Below are positions 10,924-21,575 of a stretch of DNA of 64,000 nt, piece by piece. Source of the DNA: an uncultured euryarchaeote (GTDB lineage Archaea > Thermoplasmatota > Poseidoniia > Poseidoniales > Poseidoniaceae); the NCBI GenBank assembly GCA_937899865.1, contig CALBRH010000063.1, positions 64,001 to 128,000 of the forward strand. The letters are read 5' to 3'. Made by a program: the position numbers and the translations under genes. Each line of letters begins with the position of its first letter. The stretch's first letter is position 1. The notes beneath the pieces were generated by a model. It saw only the letters and a list, made by a program, of their open reading frames with translations. It was not told the DNA's origin and ran no database searches.

Positions 10924-11867
10924 GTGGTATTATGAAAATAGCAATTCTTGGAGCAGGAAATATCGGCACGTTGATAGGTGCTAAACTAGCAAAATTGGAT
11001 TCAACAGATATTTTTATTCATGCCCGTGGCGATCATGCAGCAAGTTTAGCAGTCAATGGCATCTCTGTAGAAGGTATTGAAAATTTTTCTCTAAAACCTA
11101 ATCAATATCACTTGTCAATATCTGATGTTGGAATAAATTCAACATTTGACGGCTTAGCAGATATTGTTTTTATTTGTTCAAAGGCAGGGGATGTAGGAGA
11201 TTTGTTTAAACTATCCAAACGATTATGTCATCAAGATACTAAGATTTTAGTATTGAGTAATGGACTTGGTCATTTGGAATTAGGTATTGAAGAGTTTGGA
11301 GCTCACCGTATGATTCCAGCAACAACAACACATGGCGCTTGGCGGAAGAATCCTGGTAGTGTTGTATGGGCGGGATTGGGATCGATAAACCTTGGTCAAA
11401 TTAGCAATAGTCCATCTTTTGAAGAGCTTAAGGAACTGTTTAACATCTTAGAAAAATCAGGTCTTAACCCTAATTGGATTGAAGATGGAAAGAAAATGAT
11501 ATGGTCTAAAGTTTTGATTAATATTGCAATTAATCCAATAGCAGCAATCACAGGTCAATTAAATGGAGATTTACTCGAATCAGAGATATTTGAAACATGT
11601 GTAGAAGTGATGCTTGAAGGATCTAGAGTGGCACGATTAGAAGGCGTAAAATTAGATGAAGATGAGAATTTAATTAACAACCTCAGATTTGTTTTACAAC
11701 AAACTAGTGAAAATAAATGTAGCATGTTACAGGATGTAAGAATCGGTAGGCCTACTGAAATTGCTTTTCTAAATAGGATGATAGTAAACAAGGCAGAAAA
11801 ATACGGATTATCTACTCCACTCAATCAGTTGCTTAGCAAATTGATTGAATCATTGACACTATATTAA
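10920..11867 (+). CDS. panE: 2-dehydropantoate 2-reductase (ketopantoate reductase)
   Basis: KIAILGAGNIG, CSKA, SNGLGH, WSKVLINIAINP, NKCSMLQDV, GRPTEI. Confidence 0.92.
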   Translation: MSGIMKIAILGAGNIGTLIGAKLAKLDSTDIFIHARGDHAASLAVNGISVEGIENFSLKPNQYHLSISDVGINSTFDGLADIVFICSKAGDVGDLFKLSKRLCHQDTKILVLSNGLGHLELGIEEFGAHRMIPATTTHGAWRKNPGSVVWAGLGSINLGQISNSPSFEELKELFNILEKSGLNPNWIEDGKKMIWSKVLINIAINPIAAITGQLNGDLLESEIFETCVEVMLEGSRVARLEGVKLDEDENLINNLRFVLQQTSENKCSMLQDVRIGRPTEIAFLNRMIVNKAEKYGLSTPLNQLLSKLIESLTLY

Positions 11868-13478
11868 ATCAGTATTGAAATGCAAACCACGGTTTTCTTT
11901 TCTATTTACTGCATCCTCAATAATTAGGTTTGCAACTTGAATCAAGTTTCTTAATTCTACAATTTCTCTTGAAGGAATTGAAGATTTCCAAATAATATTG
12001 ATTTCTTTATCAAGCAATTTAATCCTTCTAAGTGCTCGATTAAGTCGCTGATAATTTCTCACAATGCCAACTTCTGTTGACATTGTGTCTTTGAGCATAG
12101 TTAAATCATTAACAATAGATGCATGCTCAGTAAGTATATCGAGGCCATCAGCTCGCCAATCAGGTAGTTTGTGAGTGATATTCTCAGGTGGGTTTTCGAT
12201 GATATGTCTTGCTGCATTGTCGGCAAAAACTACTGCTTCTAGTAAACTGTTAGAAGCTAGTCTATTTGCACCATGCATTCCAGTACATGCGACTTCTCCA
12301 ACTGCGTATAGGTGAGGGATAACAGAATTACTGTCAAGCATCTTTGGCCTGCCGAATTGGTCTACTTCCAATCCACCTACAACATAATGTGCGGCTGGAG
12401 AAATAGGTAAGTGATCATGTCCAAGAGTAAGATTATACTTGTCAAGATGTTTTTGCATATTTGGGAATGAATTCTTTAATATTTCTTTATCTAAGTGAGA
12501 GGTTACCAAATAGACCCATTTATTGCCAGTTTGTTTCAGATTTTGGTCAATTGCCCTTGCAACTATATCTCTTGTCGCCATTGAGCCAAGACTTGAAAAC
12601 TCTAAGGTAAATGAGTAATTATCTGGTTTTGGAGCCTCAGTACCATTAGTAAGAGATTGCTTACAATCACTTTGCCAATTTTCTAATCCTTGTTTGTCAA
12701 GAATTACTCCACCTTCTCCTCTAAGTGCTTCAGTAATCAAAAATGGACGACCATTTTCAATAGCAAGTGCTGTTGGATGAAATTGAATGAACGCCATATC
12801 TTTTACTGATGCTCCACAACGAAATGCCATAGCAATTCCATCTCCTGTTGCGACATTTGGATTAGTGGTTTTTGCCCATAATTGGCCAACTCCGCCTGTT
12901 GCGATAATCACTGCATCAGCGCCTAATGTAATCACTTCCTTTGTTAGTTGATCAAAACACCAAATGCCACAAACACCTTTGCTTGGGTCACCATGTTGTC
13001 TTTGAATTAAGTCCATAGCAAGGGTATTTCTCATCAATTCAATTTTTGGATGCTGTTTAGCAGCTTCGCTTAGTGCACGTTCAATTTCTCTTCCAGTAGC
13101 ATCTTTTGCATGTAGAATTCTTCTCTCAGAATGTCCACCTTCTTTGGCTAGTCTAAATGCTCCATCTTCATTTTTTTCAAAATTGACACCAATATTTACT
13201 AGTTCATTTATACAATCTGAAGCGCGCTCAATTACATTTCTAACGACTTCTTCATTGCAAAGCCCGTCACCTGATTGCAATGTGTCAATTATATGGGCAT
13301 TTTTTCCACTTTTATTGGTCTTGTCAAGGATTCCAGCAATTCCTCCTTGGGCCCAATTAGTGGATGAGTCCTTTAGTCGCTGTTTGGTTATTATTACGAT
13401 GTCATGGCCATTATTTGCCAATTTTAGAGCAGAGAACAGTCCAGCGATTCCGCTACCGATTATGGCTATTCTCGACAT
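11859..13478 (-). CDS. nadB: L-aspartate oxidase
   Basis: IIGSGIAG, STNWAQGGIA, EGGHSERRILHAKDATG, QFHPT, LITEALRGEG, HYVVGG, GMHGANRLASNSLLE, ENRGLHF. Start refined to MSRIAII. Confidence 0.96.
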   Translation of the reverse strand: MSRIAIIGSGIAGLFSALKLANNGHDIVIITKQRLKDSSTNWAQGGIAGILDKTNKSGKNAHIIDTLQSGDGLCNEEVVRNVIERASDCINELVNIGVNFEKNEDGAFRLAKEGGHSERRILHAKDATGREIERALSEAAKQHPKIELMRNTLAMDLIQRQHGDPSKGVCGIWCFDQLTKEVITLGADAVIIATGGVGQLWAKTTNPNVATGDGIAMAFRCGASVKDMAFIQFHPTALAIENGRPFLITEALRGEGGVILDKQGLENWQSDCKQSLTNGTEAPKPDNYSFTLEFSSLGSMATRDIVARAIDQNLKQTGNKWVYLVTSHLDKEILKNSFPNMQKHLDKYNLTLGHDHLPISPAAHYVVGGLEVDQFGRPKMLDSNSVIPHLYAVGEVACTGMHGANRLASNSLLEAVVFADNAARHIIENPPENITHKLPDWRADGLDILTEHASIVNDLTMLKDTMSTEVGIVRNYQRLNRALRRIKLLDKEINIIWKSSIPSREIVELRNLIQVANLIIEDAVNRKENRGLHFNTDLI

Positions 13479-13561
13479 AGTGAGCAGATTGAGCCAAATA
13501 TGTCTCACTTTTGAACTGTTTGAGCGACAGCACTATCAAACTAATTCCATGTCCAACAAAC

Positions 13562-14335
13562 ATGGGCGGGCTTCGGCGCAACTTGGCAACCATAATCGGT
13601 GGTTTGATGGTTGTCTTTGTAATTGCCAATGTTCAGTTCGGTTTAGTGGCTCCTGAATTAATCGAAGGGGCGGATAATTCAAAGTTAGATGTATTGAAAA
13701 TGTTAGAGCCGCATTGTGCCATTTCAGAAATAGAGGCTGAACTTGCTGAAGGTAATGATAGTTTTTGTTTAGGTAATTCAGGAGATTGGAATGGTGCAGA
13801 TTTGTTACTATTGGCCGAGGGTTTGTTCCTGATTTTTGTTGGTAAATTCAAATTCCCACAACAAGGAAGATGGGCTCAAAGGTTTAGAAGAATGGCATTT
13901 ATTGGTGGTTGCTCTTTATTTGGTCTAGCGATTATGGATCGTCTTGAACTCCTTCCAAAATCAGTAAGTTCAGAAGGAATAGCAAGCCTAATTCCACTTG
14001 ATGTGTCTCCACTATCAGTACAATTAGGTATGGCGATTATTGGTGCATTTATGATGAGAGGTCCAAAGTATTGGGAAGCAGAAGCCATTGATTTGACCAA
14101 TAAGAGATTGGAAAAGCGCAGAATTGTTGCCGAAAAGTTCCGCTCAAAATATGGCACAGTCGCGCAACCTCTTGCCGAATTACAAGGTAAGCAAAAACGT
14201 GTGGCTAAGTCTCCATTGATGCATAGGGATTCTAAGTTAACCATGAAAAGTAATAGTTCTTTGACTGTTCAAGCAACATGCCCATATTGTGATGGGGCAG
14301 GTTGTAAAAAGTGCGATTTTACTGGGTCAATTTAG
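13562..14335 (+). CDS. Hypothetical multi-pass membrane protein with C-terminal CxxC-xGxG-CxxC zinc-finger-like motif
   Basis: About four hydrophobic segments and a basic cytoplasmic tail ending CPYCDGAGCKKCDFTG. Start refined to ATG 13562. Confidence 0.7.
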   Translation: MGGLRRNLATIIGGLMVVFVIANVQFGLVAPELIEGADNSKLDVLKMLEPHCAISEIEAELAEGNDSFCLGNSGDWNGADLLLLAEGLFLIFVGKFKFPQQGRWAQRFRRMAFIGGCSLFGLAIMDRLELLPKSVSSEGIASLIPLDVSPLSVQLGMAIIGAFMMRGPKYWEAEAIDLTNKRLEKRRIVAEKFRSKYGTVAQPLAELQGKQKRVAKSPLMHRDSKLTMKSNSSLTVQATCPYCDGAGCKKCDFTGSI

Positions 14336-14464
14336 GCCATTTCGGTTAATTTTAGAACATGCCTAAAACGCCGTATTGAGTGCTCAACATTAGCATAGTT
14401 TAAGACCCCTAGAGACCCGCTCTAAGGATTAGGGTTGGATTTAATTTCCACTTGAGGGATTGGG

Positions 14465-17400
14465 ATGTATCTTAAAGCGCTTGAAGTTTCAAATTTTAAA
14501 TCATTTAGAGGCGATGTAACAATTCCTCTAGAAAGGGGATTCACTGCTATTACTGGGCCGAACGGTTCTGGCAAATCAAATTGCGGAGATGCAATACAAT
14601 TTGTATTGGGGCCAAGGTCAAATAAAACAATTAGGGCACAGAACTCTAAAGATTTAATTTTCAATGGAGGCAATAACTACAATGCCGCTCGTTCATGTAA
14701 TGTAACTTTGGTATTTGCTAATCCTTCAATGGACAATGGACGTAGAAGATTGCCATTGAATATGGAAGAAGTTAGAATGTCTAGATCTATTAGATTGACC
14801 AAGAGTGGCAATGTAGTTACTAATTATCGACTAAACGGAGAAGAAAGTTCACAAAAATCCTTCCACAGGATACTTAGTTCAGCAAATGCACGCCCTGATG
14901 GTTACAATATTGTTCTTCAAGGAGATGTAACAAGTTTAGCAAAAATGACTGCTAAAGAGAGAAGAAAGGTACTAGATAGTGTGGCGGGAGTCACATTATA
15001 TGATGATGAAATTAGGAAAGCTGACCGTCAAAAAGACAGTGTTGATGATTACATTGAAAGAATCAAATTGTTAGAAGATAGTCAAAAGATTCGCTTGAAG
15101 GAATTGAAAAAGCAAAAGGATTTGGCAGTGAAAGTCAAAGATTTGGTCGAGGAATTAAATCAAGCTAGAATTACATCATACCAAGCAAATTATGCTAGCC
15201 AGTTAGCAGAAAAGCAATATCAAGTAAATGAACAATCAAGATATCTTGAGGAAGCAAATAATCTAGAACAACAGGTTCGAGAAGGTTCGAAAACACTACT
15301 TTCTTTGGATGATCAGATTGGAGAATTGCAGAAGCAAATAGAAGAATTGACTGGTGGAGAAAGTAAGGGCTTGAACAAAGTTATCTTTGATTTACATCTA
15401 AAAATCGATACCAACAAAGACAAAATTTCAGATGCTGAAGAAAAAGATGTTGAAGACAAGGCAGAACTTACCGAATTATCCGAACAGTTAGATGGTGCTA
15501 AGGCAGCACTTGAAGAATTCATTAGCAACTTGGATTCAGCAAAATCCGATTTATCAGAATCAAAGATTTCACTAGATGAGGCGCAGGCTGAAGAGTTAGA
15601 AGTACAGAAAATCATGGAATCTTCCGGCGATGAAAGCGCAAAGTTTTCTCAACAACTGACACAATTGCTATCAGAATTGGAACAAGCAAATGAAAGATTA
15701 TCTGCGGCTCAAAATGAAGTTAACAAAACAGCAGTACAGGCTGAGCTAATTACTGAACAATTAGCAATTTCTCAAGATGCTGCTGAAGAGAATAGGTTGT
15801 CTTTAGGAGAACTTGAAATTCAAGGAGAGGAACTTTCTGGAAGTAATTCAGGCTTAGATAGAAATAAACTATCTAAGGACCTTATTACAGCACAAAGAAG
15901 CGAAGAGAAATTGGTTGAGGAGTCTCAATTGATAGAAACAAAGTTGAGGGAAGCAGAGAGAAGTAGGGAGCGGCTACGTGCTGAAATGGAGAACTCATCA
16001 GGTTCCAAAGGGATGGCTGGAGGTGCCGCCGCAGTAATTGCTGCCCGAGATAATGGCGAATTAAGCGGAATTATTGGTACAATTGCAGAATTATGCGCTC
16101 CTGTTGATTCAAGTCATGAAAGCGCTTTAGCAACTGCAATTGGAGGTGGAATGACTTCAATTGTTGTTGAAAACGATGAAATAGCTGCTAAGGCGATTAA
16201 GTGGCTTGCAGAGAGGAGAGCCGGTAGAGCAACATTTTTGCCATTGAACAAACTAAACAATAACCGTGCTGCAGGAAAAGCACTTATGGTTTCGAAGAAA
16301 CCTGGAGTGGTAGGATTTGCTCATGAATTACTTGATTATGATCCAAAGATCGACATTGCAATCAAATTTGTATTGAGGAACACATTGATTGTAGATTCAC
16401 TTTCTACTGCTAGAAGTTACATGGGAGGTGTCAGATTAGTTACTTTGCGTGGCGATGTGACAGAGGCTGGAGGCGCAATGATTGGCGGCTCGAAACGTAA
16501 AATGTCAGTTTCTTTTGGTGGAGGAATCAAAGGTGCTAGTGAGATCGAAAAGATTTCTGGAGAAATCGAAAAATTACAGTTAATGTCTGAAACAGTTTCT
16601 GCTGCTTTACATCAAGCTAGAAAGGAACAACAACAATTACGAACAAAAATCAATGAATTAACAGACAGCGATCAAGCTGTAAAATTACAAGAATGGCGAG
16701 CAGAATTAAAGCAAGCAAAATCAGTTTACAACAAATCTTTGGCAGAAGTAACTGCAAACGAAGTAAAATTGACTGATTTAGAAGTTCTTGCAAGTAAACA
16801 AATCGACGCTCTTGATGAGGCACAGTCAGTTGTCGCTGACCTTAATGTCAGTATTGGAGATACCAGGGAAGAGATGGAATCTGCAAGCCCTGACCATTTG
16901 AAAGACAGACTCCATGCGGCTCAAATAAAGCGAGTAGATGCAGAAGGGGTAATGGCAAAGGCTCTAACAGCGCTGGAGAGCGGTAGTGAGCATGAGTCAT
17001 TACTTAGCGACAGAGTAGATGATTTAAGTTCAAGAATTGAATCTCTTAATTCGAATATAATCTCAAGGAGCGAAATGATTGATAATTTGCAAGCATCCAT
17101 AGCGACAGATTCTATTGAATTAAAAGACAGAGAAGAGGAAAGAACACAATTACTCGAGGAAAATAAAGGTCTGGAGGATGAAAGAATAGCTCTCGTTGAT
17201 GAAAGAGCAAGTCTTCGAACAGAATTGACTCAAAAATCAACAGATGCTCAGTCTAGAAGAAGGCTAAGCGATGAACTTGGACGCTCTATTATCAACAAAG
17301 AAATGGTGATTAATGAATTGTTTGCCGAAATGCAAAACAATCAAATTGAGCCTGCATCGGCTGATACTAGTTTACCATCTGTTGGTGATGCTGAGAAGCG

Positions 17401-18358
17401 AGTTAGAACTCTAGAACGTTCGATGGAAAAGCATGGGCCAGTAAATATGCTTGCTATAGAACAATATGCTGAATGCGAAGAAAGACTTGATTCAATGAAG
17501 GTAGAGTTCAAGCAATTACAATCAAGAAGAGCAAACCTGGTTGAAATCACAGAGAAATTGGAATCACAAAGAAAAGAAAAACTAATCAAAGTTTTAGATA
17601 AGGTAAATGAGAATTTCAAGGAGTCTTACAAGATTTTGAGTGATGGAGGTAAAGGCGAATTGTATCTTGAAAATCCGGAAGAGCCATTCAAGGGAGGACT
17701 TGAATTATGGGCTAAACCTAAGGGTAAGTCATCCAAGGTGAATCGTTTACAATTGTCTGGCGGCGAACAATCGATGGCAGCTCTAGCGTTGATTTTCGCA
17801 ATACAAGATTATGATCCAAGTCCATTTTACTACTTTGATGAAGTAGACCAAAACCTAGATGCTATAAATGCAGAAAGGATTGCTAAAATGTGTAGAAAGA
17901 GAAGCAAGAAGGCGCAATTCCTAATGGTTACTTTGCGTAAAGTTTCACTACGTCTAGCCGATCACCACATAGGAATAACTCATGGTGGAGATGGTTGTAG
18001 TAGAAGAATAGTTGATTTCGACCGTGAGAGAGCAATCAAACTAAGTGAAATAGAATCAGCTAAAAACAATCCACTAGATGAGAGAATTAGCGCTATTGCT
18101 CTTGAAAAGATACTAGATGCTCAAACAGATATGCCAACAGTTCCAGAACCTCTACCTCCACCGAGTAGTTTGGGAGGACTGCTTAACTTCACCAATGATT
18201 TAGAAGAGGAAGAAACCACGATTTCAGGTCTTATGGAAAGAACCAGTGAGACCACAGAAGATATTGAAGAAAGGCGAGAAATAGTCGAAGCGATAGAATC
18301 TATAGAGCAAGAATCTGAACAAATAGAGCAAGAAAAGCAAGTCGAAGAAGAAATTTGA
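14465..18358 (+). CDS. smc: Chromosome segregation protein SMC
   Basis: Walker A GPNGSGKSN, Q-loop NIVLQGDV, hinge RAGRATFLPL...GGAMIGG, signature LSGGEQS, Walker B FDEVDQNLD. Confidence 0.98.
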   Translation: MYLKALEVSNFKSFRGDVTIPLERGFTAITGPNGSGKSNCGDAIQFVLGPRSNKTIRAQNSKDLIFNGGNNYNAARSCNVTLVFANPSMDNGRRRLPLNMEEVRMSRSIRLTKSGNVVTNYRLNGEESSQKSFHRILSSANARPDGYNIVLQGDVTSLAKMTAKERRKVLDSVAGVTLYDDEIRKADRQKDSVDDYIERIKLLEDSQKIRLKELKKQKDLAVKVKDLVEELNQARITSYQANYASQLAEKQYQVNEQSRYLEEANNLEQQVREGSKTLLSLDDQIGELQKQIEELTGGESKGLNKVIFDLHLKIDTNKDKISDAEEKDVEDKAELTELSEQLDGAKAALEEFISNLDSAKSDLSESKISLDEAQAEELEVQKIMESSGDESAKFSQQLTQLLSELEQANERLSAAQNEVNKTAVQAELITEQLAISQDAAEENRLSLGELEIQGEELSGSNSGLDRNKLSKDLITAQRSEEKLVEESQLIETKLREAERSRERLRAEMENSSGSKGMAGGAAAVIAARDNGELSGIIGTIAELCAPVDSSHESALATAIGGGMTSIVVENDEIAAKAIKWLAERRAGRATFLPLNKLNNNRAAGKALMVSKKPGVVGFAHELLDYDPKIDIAIKFVLRNTLIVDSLSTARSYMGGVRLVTLRGDVTEAGGAMIGGSKRKMSVSFGGGIKGASEIEKISGEIEKLQLMSETVSAALHQARKEQQQLRTKINELTDSDQAVKLQEWRAELKQAKSVYNKSLAEVTANEVKLTDLEVLASKQIDALDEAQSVVADLNVSIGDTREEMESASPDHLKDRLHAAQIKRVDAEGVMAKALTALESGSEHESLLSDRVDDLSSRIESLNSNIISRSEMIDNLQASIATDSIELKDREEERTQLLEENKGLEDERIALVDERASLRTELTQKSTDAQSRRRLSDELGRSIINKEMVINELFAEMQNNQIEPASADTSLPSVGDAEKRVRTLERSMEKHGPVNMLAIEQYAECEERLDSMKVEFKQLQSRRANLVEITEKLESQRKEKLIKVLDKVNENFKESYKILSDGGKGELYLENPEEPFKGGLELWAKPKGKSSKVNRLQLSGGEQSMAALALIFAIQDYDPSPFYYFDEVDQNLDAINAERIAKMCRKRSKKAQFLMVTLRKVSLRLADHHIGITHGGDGCSRRIVDFDRERAIKLSEIESAKNNPLDERISAIALEKILDAQTDMPTVPEPLPPPSSLGGLLNFTNDLEEEETTISGLMERTSETTEDIEERREIVEAIESIEQESEQIEQEKQVEEEI

Positions 18359-18368
18359 GAGTGGTATT

Positions 18369-19541
18369 TTGGCATCTAAACAATCAGCACTGGACAAATG
18401 GTTCCTTAGACAGGACATCATTAATCAGTTACTTGAGTCAGGTGAAGAATCTGAAGATGCGTTGAAATTTGCTGAAAGGATAATGCCAGTAGTCGAGGCA
18501 GAAGAATCGGAATATCAATCATTAGAAGACCCATTTGACCGTTCTGTAGCCTTAGTATTATCATTGGTTAAGGATCAAGAATTAAACCCCTGGGATGTCG
18601 ATTTGTCTACATTTCTCAAAGTATTTACTAAAAGAGTTAGGCTTGAGTCGGATAAACTCAATCTTCCAGCATGTGGTAGACTAATTAGAATGTCTTGGGA
18701 AGTATTGAATCAACAAGCAATAGTTTTGTTTGACCGAGTACAAAATATGGATCAAGAAGATGAGTGGGAAGATGAGATAGATTTTGGATGGGAATCAGAT
18801 TATGATGACCAAGATTACCTATTTACTACTTCTATTCTAGAGGGCCAGGTTGATGACATTTTACCATCATTATTTGATGAGAGGATTCGAAGGGAAGAGG
18901 GCCGACCAGTAACCTTAGGAGAGTTATTATCTGCATTCAAAGATGCTGCGGAGGATGCTGAAGGGTTGAAGATTAGAGAAGAGAACCGTTTGGCGCATCA
19001 GGCAGAACTTGGAGAATATCTAAGCGATGTAGGGGGAAGGATGCATAATGAGGATTTGGAAGGAGATATATTCCGTTGTTGGAGTGCTCTAAGAAAAACC
19101 TGTAAAAAATTCGATTCTGTCAAAGTAAGAGTAATTGATGTAATGAAAGAATTAGGTGTTATTTTGGAGCAAGAAAATGGCCATGAGCCCGAAGGCTATG
19201 AAGAAGAAGCTAAGGTCGCCTCATTTATTGCTAGTCTATTTTTAACTCACAGAGGATATGCTTTAATCAGCCAAGATGAAGTTCCATATGGTGAAATAAT
19301 GTTGGAAGATTTGTGGCCTAATGTTGCTGAGTTTGAAGAAGTTAATCAAAGGATAGAGGAAAAGAAGAATGTTCAATCACAGGAAAGCGAGAAAGAAGAA
19401 ACAGGCTCGGTTCAATTTGCTAAAAGAAGAGCTGAGAAGTTGAGAATAAAGGAAGAAAAAGAGCGTGCTGCGATGGAGAAGTCGATTGCTGAGCAAGAGG
19501 TTAAAGAAGACCTCCCCTCACACGAATGGTTAGTGGAGTAA
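18369..19541 (+). CDS. scpA: Kleisin, segregation and condensation protein A
   Basis: LVKDQELNPWDVDL, RPVTLGELLSAF, ASFIASLFL, QDEVPYGEI. Between smc and scpB. Confidence 0.88.
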   Translation: MASKQSALDKWFLRQDIINQLLESGEESEDALKFAERIMPVVEAEESEYQSLEDPFDRSVALVLSLVKDQELNPWDVDLSTFLKVFTKRVRLESDKLNLPACGRLIRMSWEVLNQQAIVLFDRVQNMDQEDEWEDEIDFGWESDYDDQDYLFTTSILEGQVDDILPSLFDERIRREEGRPVTLGELLSAFKDAAEDAEGLKIREENRLAHQAELGEYLSDVGGRMHNEDLEGDIFRCWSALRKTCKKFDSVKVRVIDVMKELGVILEQENGHEPEGYEEEAKVASFIASLFLTHRGYALISQDEVPYGEIMLEDLWPNVAEFEEVNQRIEEKKNVQSQESEKEETGSVQFAKRRAEKLRIKEEKERAAMEKSIAEQEVKEDLPSHEWLVE

Positions 19542-19553
19542 GGATTTGGTTAC

Positions 19554-20159
19554 ATGTCGGAATTACAACTTGATACCTTACTTGAAGCAACTCTGTTTGG
19601 TGCAGGAAGATCTATGTCAGTTACCGAACTTTGCGAGTCTTTAGGTTATGATGAAGATGAGATGTTAGATTGTTTGTATTCGCTTCGCTCAACATTGAAA
19701 AGACGACGAGGAGGGGCTTTGCAAATTGCAGAGGTCGGCGATCGATGGGCTATTGAAGTAAAGCCAGAGATTGCTGAACATCTCCCCAAAGAGGCGAAAA
19801 CGGAATTGCCGAAAAAATTGCTAAAAGCAGCCTCTCTTATCGCATATCATCAACCAATGACGCAATCTAGATTAGTTGAATTATTGGGACAAAAAGCCTA
19901 TGATTATGTTAGAGAACTTGCTCAATATGGCATGATTGATAGAAGGAAAGACGGCAATACTAGAAGGCTGACTACTACTAGAAGATTCTCAGAAGCCTTT
20001 GGATGTCCATATACTGACAGAAAGAAAGTCAAAGCATGGTTTAGGGAACAGGTCCAAAAAACAGGTATTTTGGATGATCTTGAGTCCAGCGACGTGGTAA
20101 AAGATGAATCAGAATATCAAGGAACGGTTCAAGATACTCTTAAATTTGAAGAAGAATGA
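19554..20159 (+). CDS. scpB: Segregation and condensation protein B
   Basis: LEATLFGAG, AASLIAYHQPMTQSRL, TTRRFSEAFG. Confidence 0.93.
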   Translation: MSELQLDTLLEATLFGAGRSMSVTELCESLGYDEDEMLDCLYSLRSTLKRRRGGALQIAEVGDRWAIEVKPEIAEHLPKEAKTELPKKLLKAASLIAYHQPMTQSRLVELLGQKAYDYVRELAQYGMIDRRKDGNTRRLTTTRRFSEAFGCPYTDRKKVKAWFREQVQKTGILDDLESSDVVKDESEYQGTVQDTLKFEEE

Positions 20160-21479
20160 TTATTCCTTTCTTAATTCGTCTAAGATATTCTTTACAGTTG
20201 TCTGTGTTTTAGGTCCGTTATGAGCCTGCAATCTCGCAGCAACTAATTCGATCTCTTCACCCACTGCCCCAGCACTAACAGCCATGTTTCTTGAGTGTAA
20301 TTTCATGTGACCTGCTTGGATTCCACTGGTTGCTAATGCTCTAAGTGCTCCTAGGTTTTGTGCTAACCCAGCAGCGCAAATGATTCCAGCAAGCTCATTT
20401 GCTGATTGAACGCCTAGTATTGCTAGGTTGGCTTTTGCGGTAGGGTGCACTTTTGATGCTCCACCAACAATTCCCACTGCCATAGGAGTTTCAATTCTGC
20501 CAACCAGGTTACCTTCATCATTAATACTCCAATTTGTCATCGAAGAATAATGATTATTGGAATATGCTGACCATGCATGACATCCAGCCTCAATTGCTCG
20601 CCAGTCTTGTCCACAAGCAACCGCTACACTGCTAATTGCATTCATTACGCCTTTGTTATGTGTAGTGGCCCTAAATGGGTCTGCAACAGCAAAATGATGC
20701 GCTTCTATGATTCCATTGATTACTTCTTTACCATTCTCAATACTGCCATCGCTGGAGAGTTCTTCAGGTGTGAAAATCGCTTCAACTCTTGCTAATCTGT
20801 GGGCTGCTAGATTAGATAAAATCTTCAAATGAACTCTTCCTCCAGTTAAACGTTCTACTTCTGGGGCAATTAATTCAGCCATCGTATTCACTGCATTAGC
20901 GCCCATTGCATCTCTGCAGTCTACAATGATGTGAAGGATTAGCATAGGTCCAGATAGCGTTTCAATTACTCTTGTTTCGATGCGTTTGCAACCTCCTCCT
21001 AATTTGATCATAGTAGATGGTAAACTATTGCACAAAGCAATTATCTCATCTTTAGACTGGTTTAGGTTTTTCATCGCCTCTTGTATGTCAGGTGCATCTA
21101 GGATTTGTATTTGGCCAATCATCAATGGGGCATCATTTTGAGTATGGAATCCGCCGTTTTGTAGGCATCTTTTTGCCATATTAGATGCAGCTGCAACGAC
21201 ACTAGATTCTTCTAAACAAAATGGAATTAAGTAATGCTTCCCATCGATTACAAAGTTTGTAGCAATGCCAACAGGTAATGACATTGTGCCAATTACATTT
21301 TCAATCATCCTATCAGCAGCTTCATCAGATAATTCTCCATTGTTAGCTAAAGCCTCAACTTGTTCATCTGAAATGCCAGATAATTTCTGAACTAATTTTC
21401 TTCTATCATCTACTGACAATTTGAAGAATCCACTCAAACGACTATTCTCTACAGGCACCCTCTCACCATGCATAGGCAT
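20160..21479 (-). CDS. mvaA: Class II (bacterial-type) HMG-CoA reductase
   Basis: MIENVIG, EESSVVAAAS, DAMGAN, THNKGVMN, GQDWRAIEAG, AQNLGALRAL, GHMKLH. Confidence 0.95.
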   Translation of the reverse strand: MPMHGERVPVENSRLSGFFKLSVDDRRKLVQKLSGISDEQVEALANNGELSDEAADRMIENVIGTMSLPVGIATNFVIDGKHYLIPFCLEESSVVAAASNMAKRCLQNGGFHTQNDAPLMIGQIQILDAPDIQEAMKNLNQSKDEIIALCNSLPSTMIKLGGGCKRIETRVIETLSGPMLILHIIVDCRDAMGANAVNTMAELIAPEVERLTGGRVHLKILSNLAAHRLARVEAIFTPEELSSDGSIENGKEVINGIIEAHHFAVADPFRATTHNKGVMNAISSVAVACGQDWRAIEAGCHAWSAYSNNHYSSMTNWSINDEGNLVGRIETPMAVGIVGGASKVHPTAKANLAILGVQSANELAGIICAAGLAQNLGALRALATSGIQAGHMKLHSRNMAVSAGAVGEEIELVAARLQAHNGPKTQTTVKNILDELRKE

Positions 21480-21522
21480 GAGGAGTTGGCAAATAAGTCA
21501 TGGGTTGACATCTTTAGCAAAT

Positions 21523-21575
21523 TAACGGGTTTAACGCTTTTACTAACGCGTTAATTATGCGTTAATTATACGTTA
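21523..21575. repeat. Array of TAACG/CGTTA motifs around palindrome TAACGCGTTA, including 11-bp-period tandem CGTTAATTATR; candidate operator array
   Basis: TAACG at 21523, 21532, 21544 and CGTTA at 21549, 21560, 21571, in the divergent mvaA / AAA-wHTH intergenic region. A further TAACGCGT lies at 21619. Confidence 0.65.

Noticed and set aside
14378-14400. TTGAG-TG-CTCAA / TTAGCA upstream of smc as an HrcA CIRCE element
   Set aside because: Half-site order and spacing do not match TTAGCACTC-N9-GAGTGCTAA, and a 5-bp inverted repeat is expected by chance.
20160-21479. Bacterial-type class II HMG-CoA reductase in an archaeon
   Set aside because: Already established in Thermoplasmatales and Archaeoglobales, so not novel.
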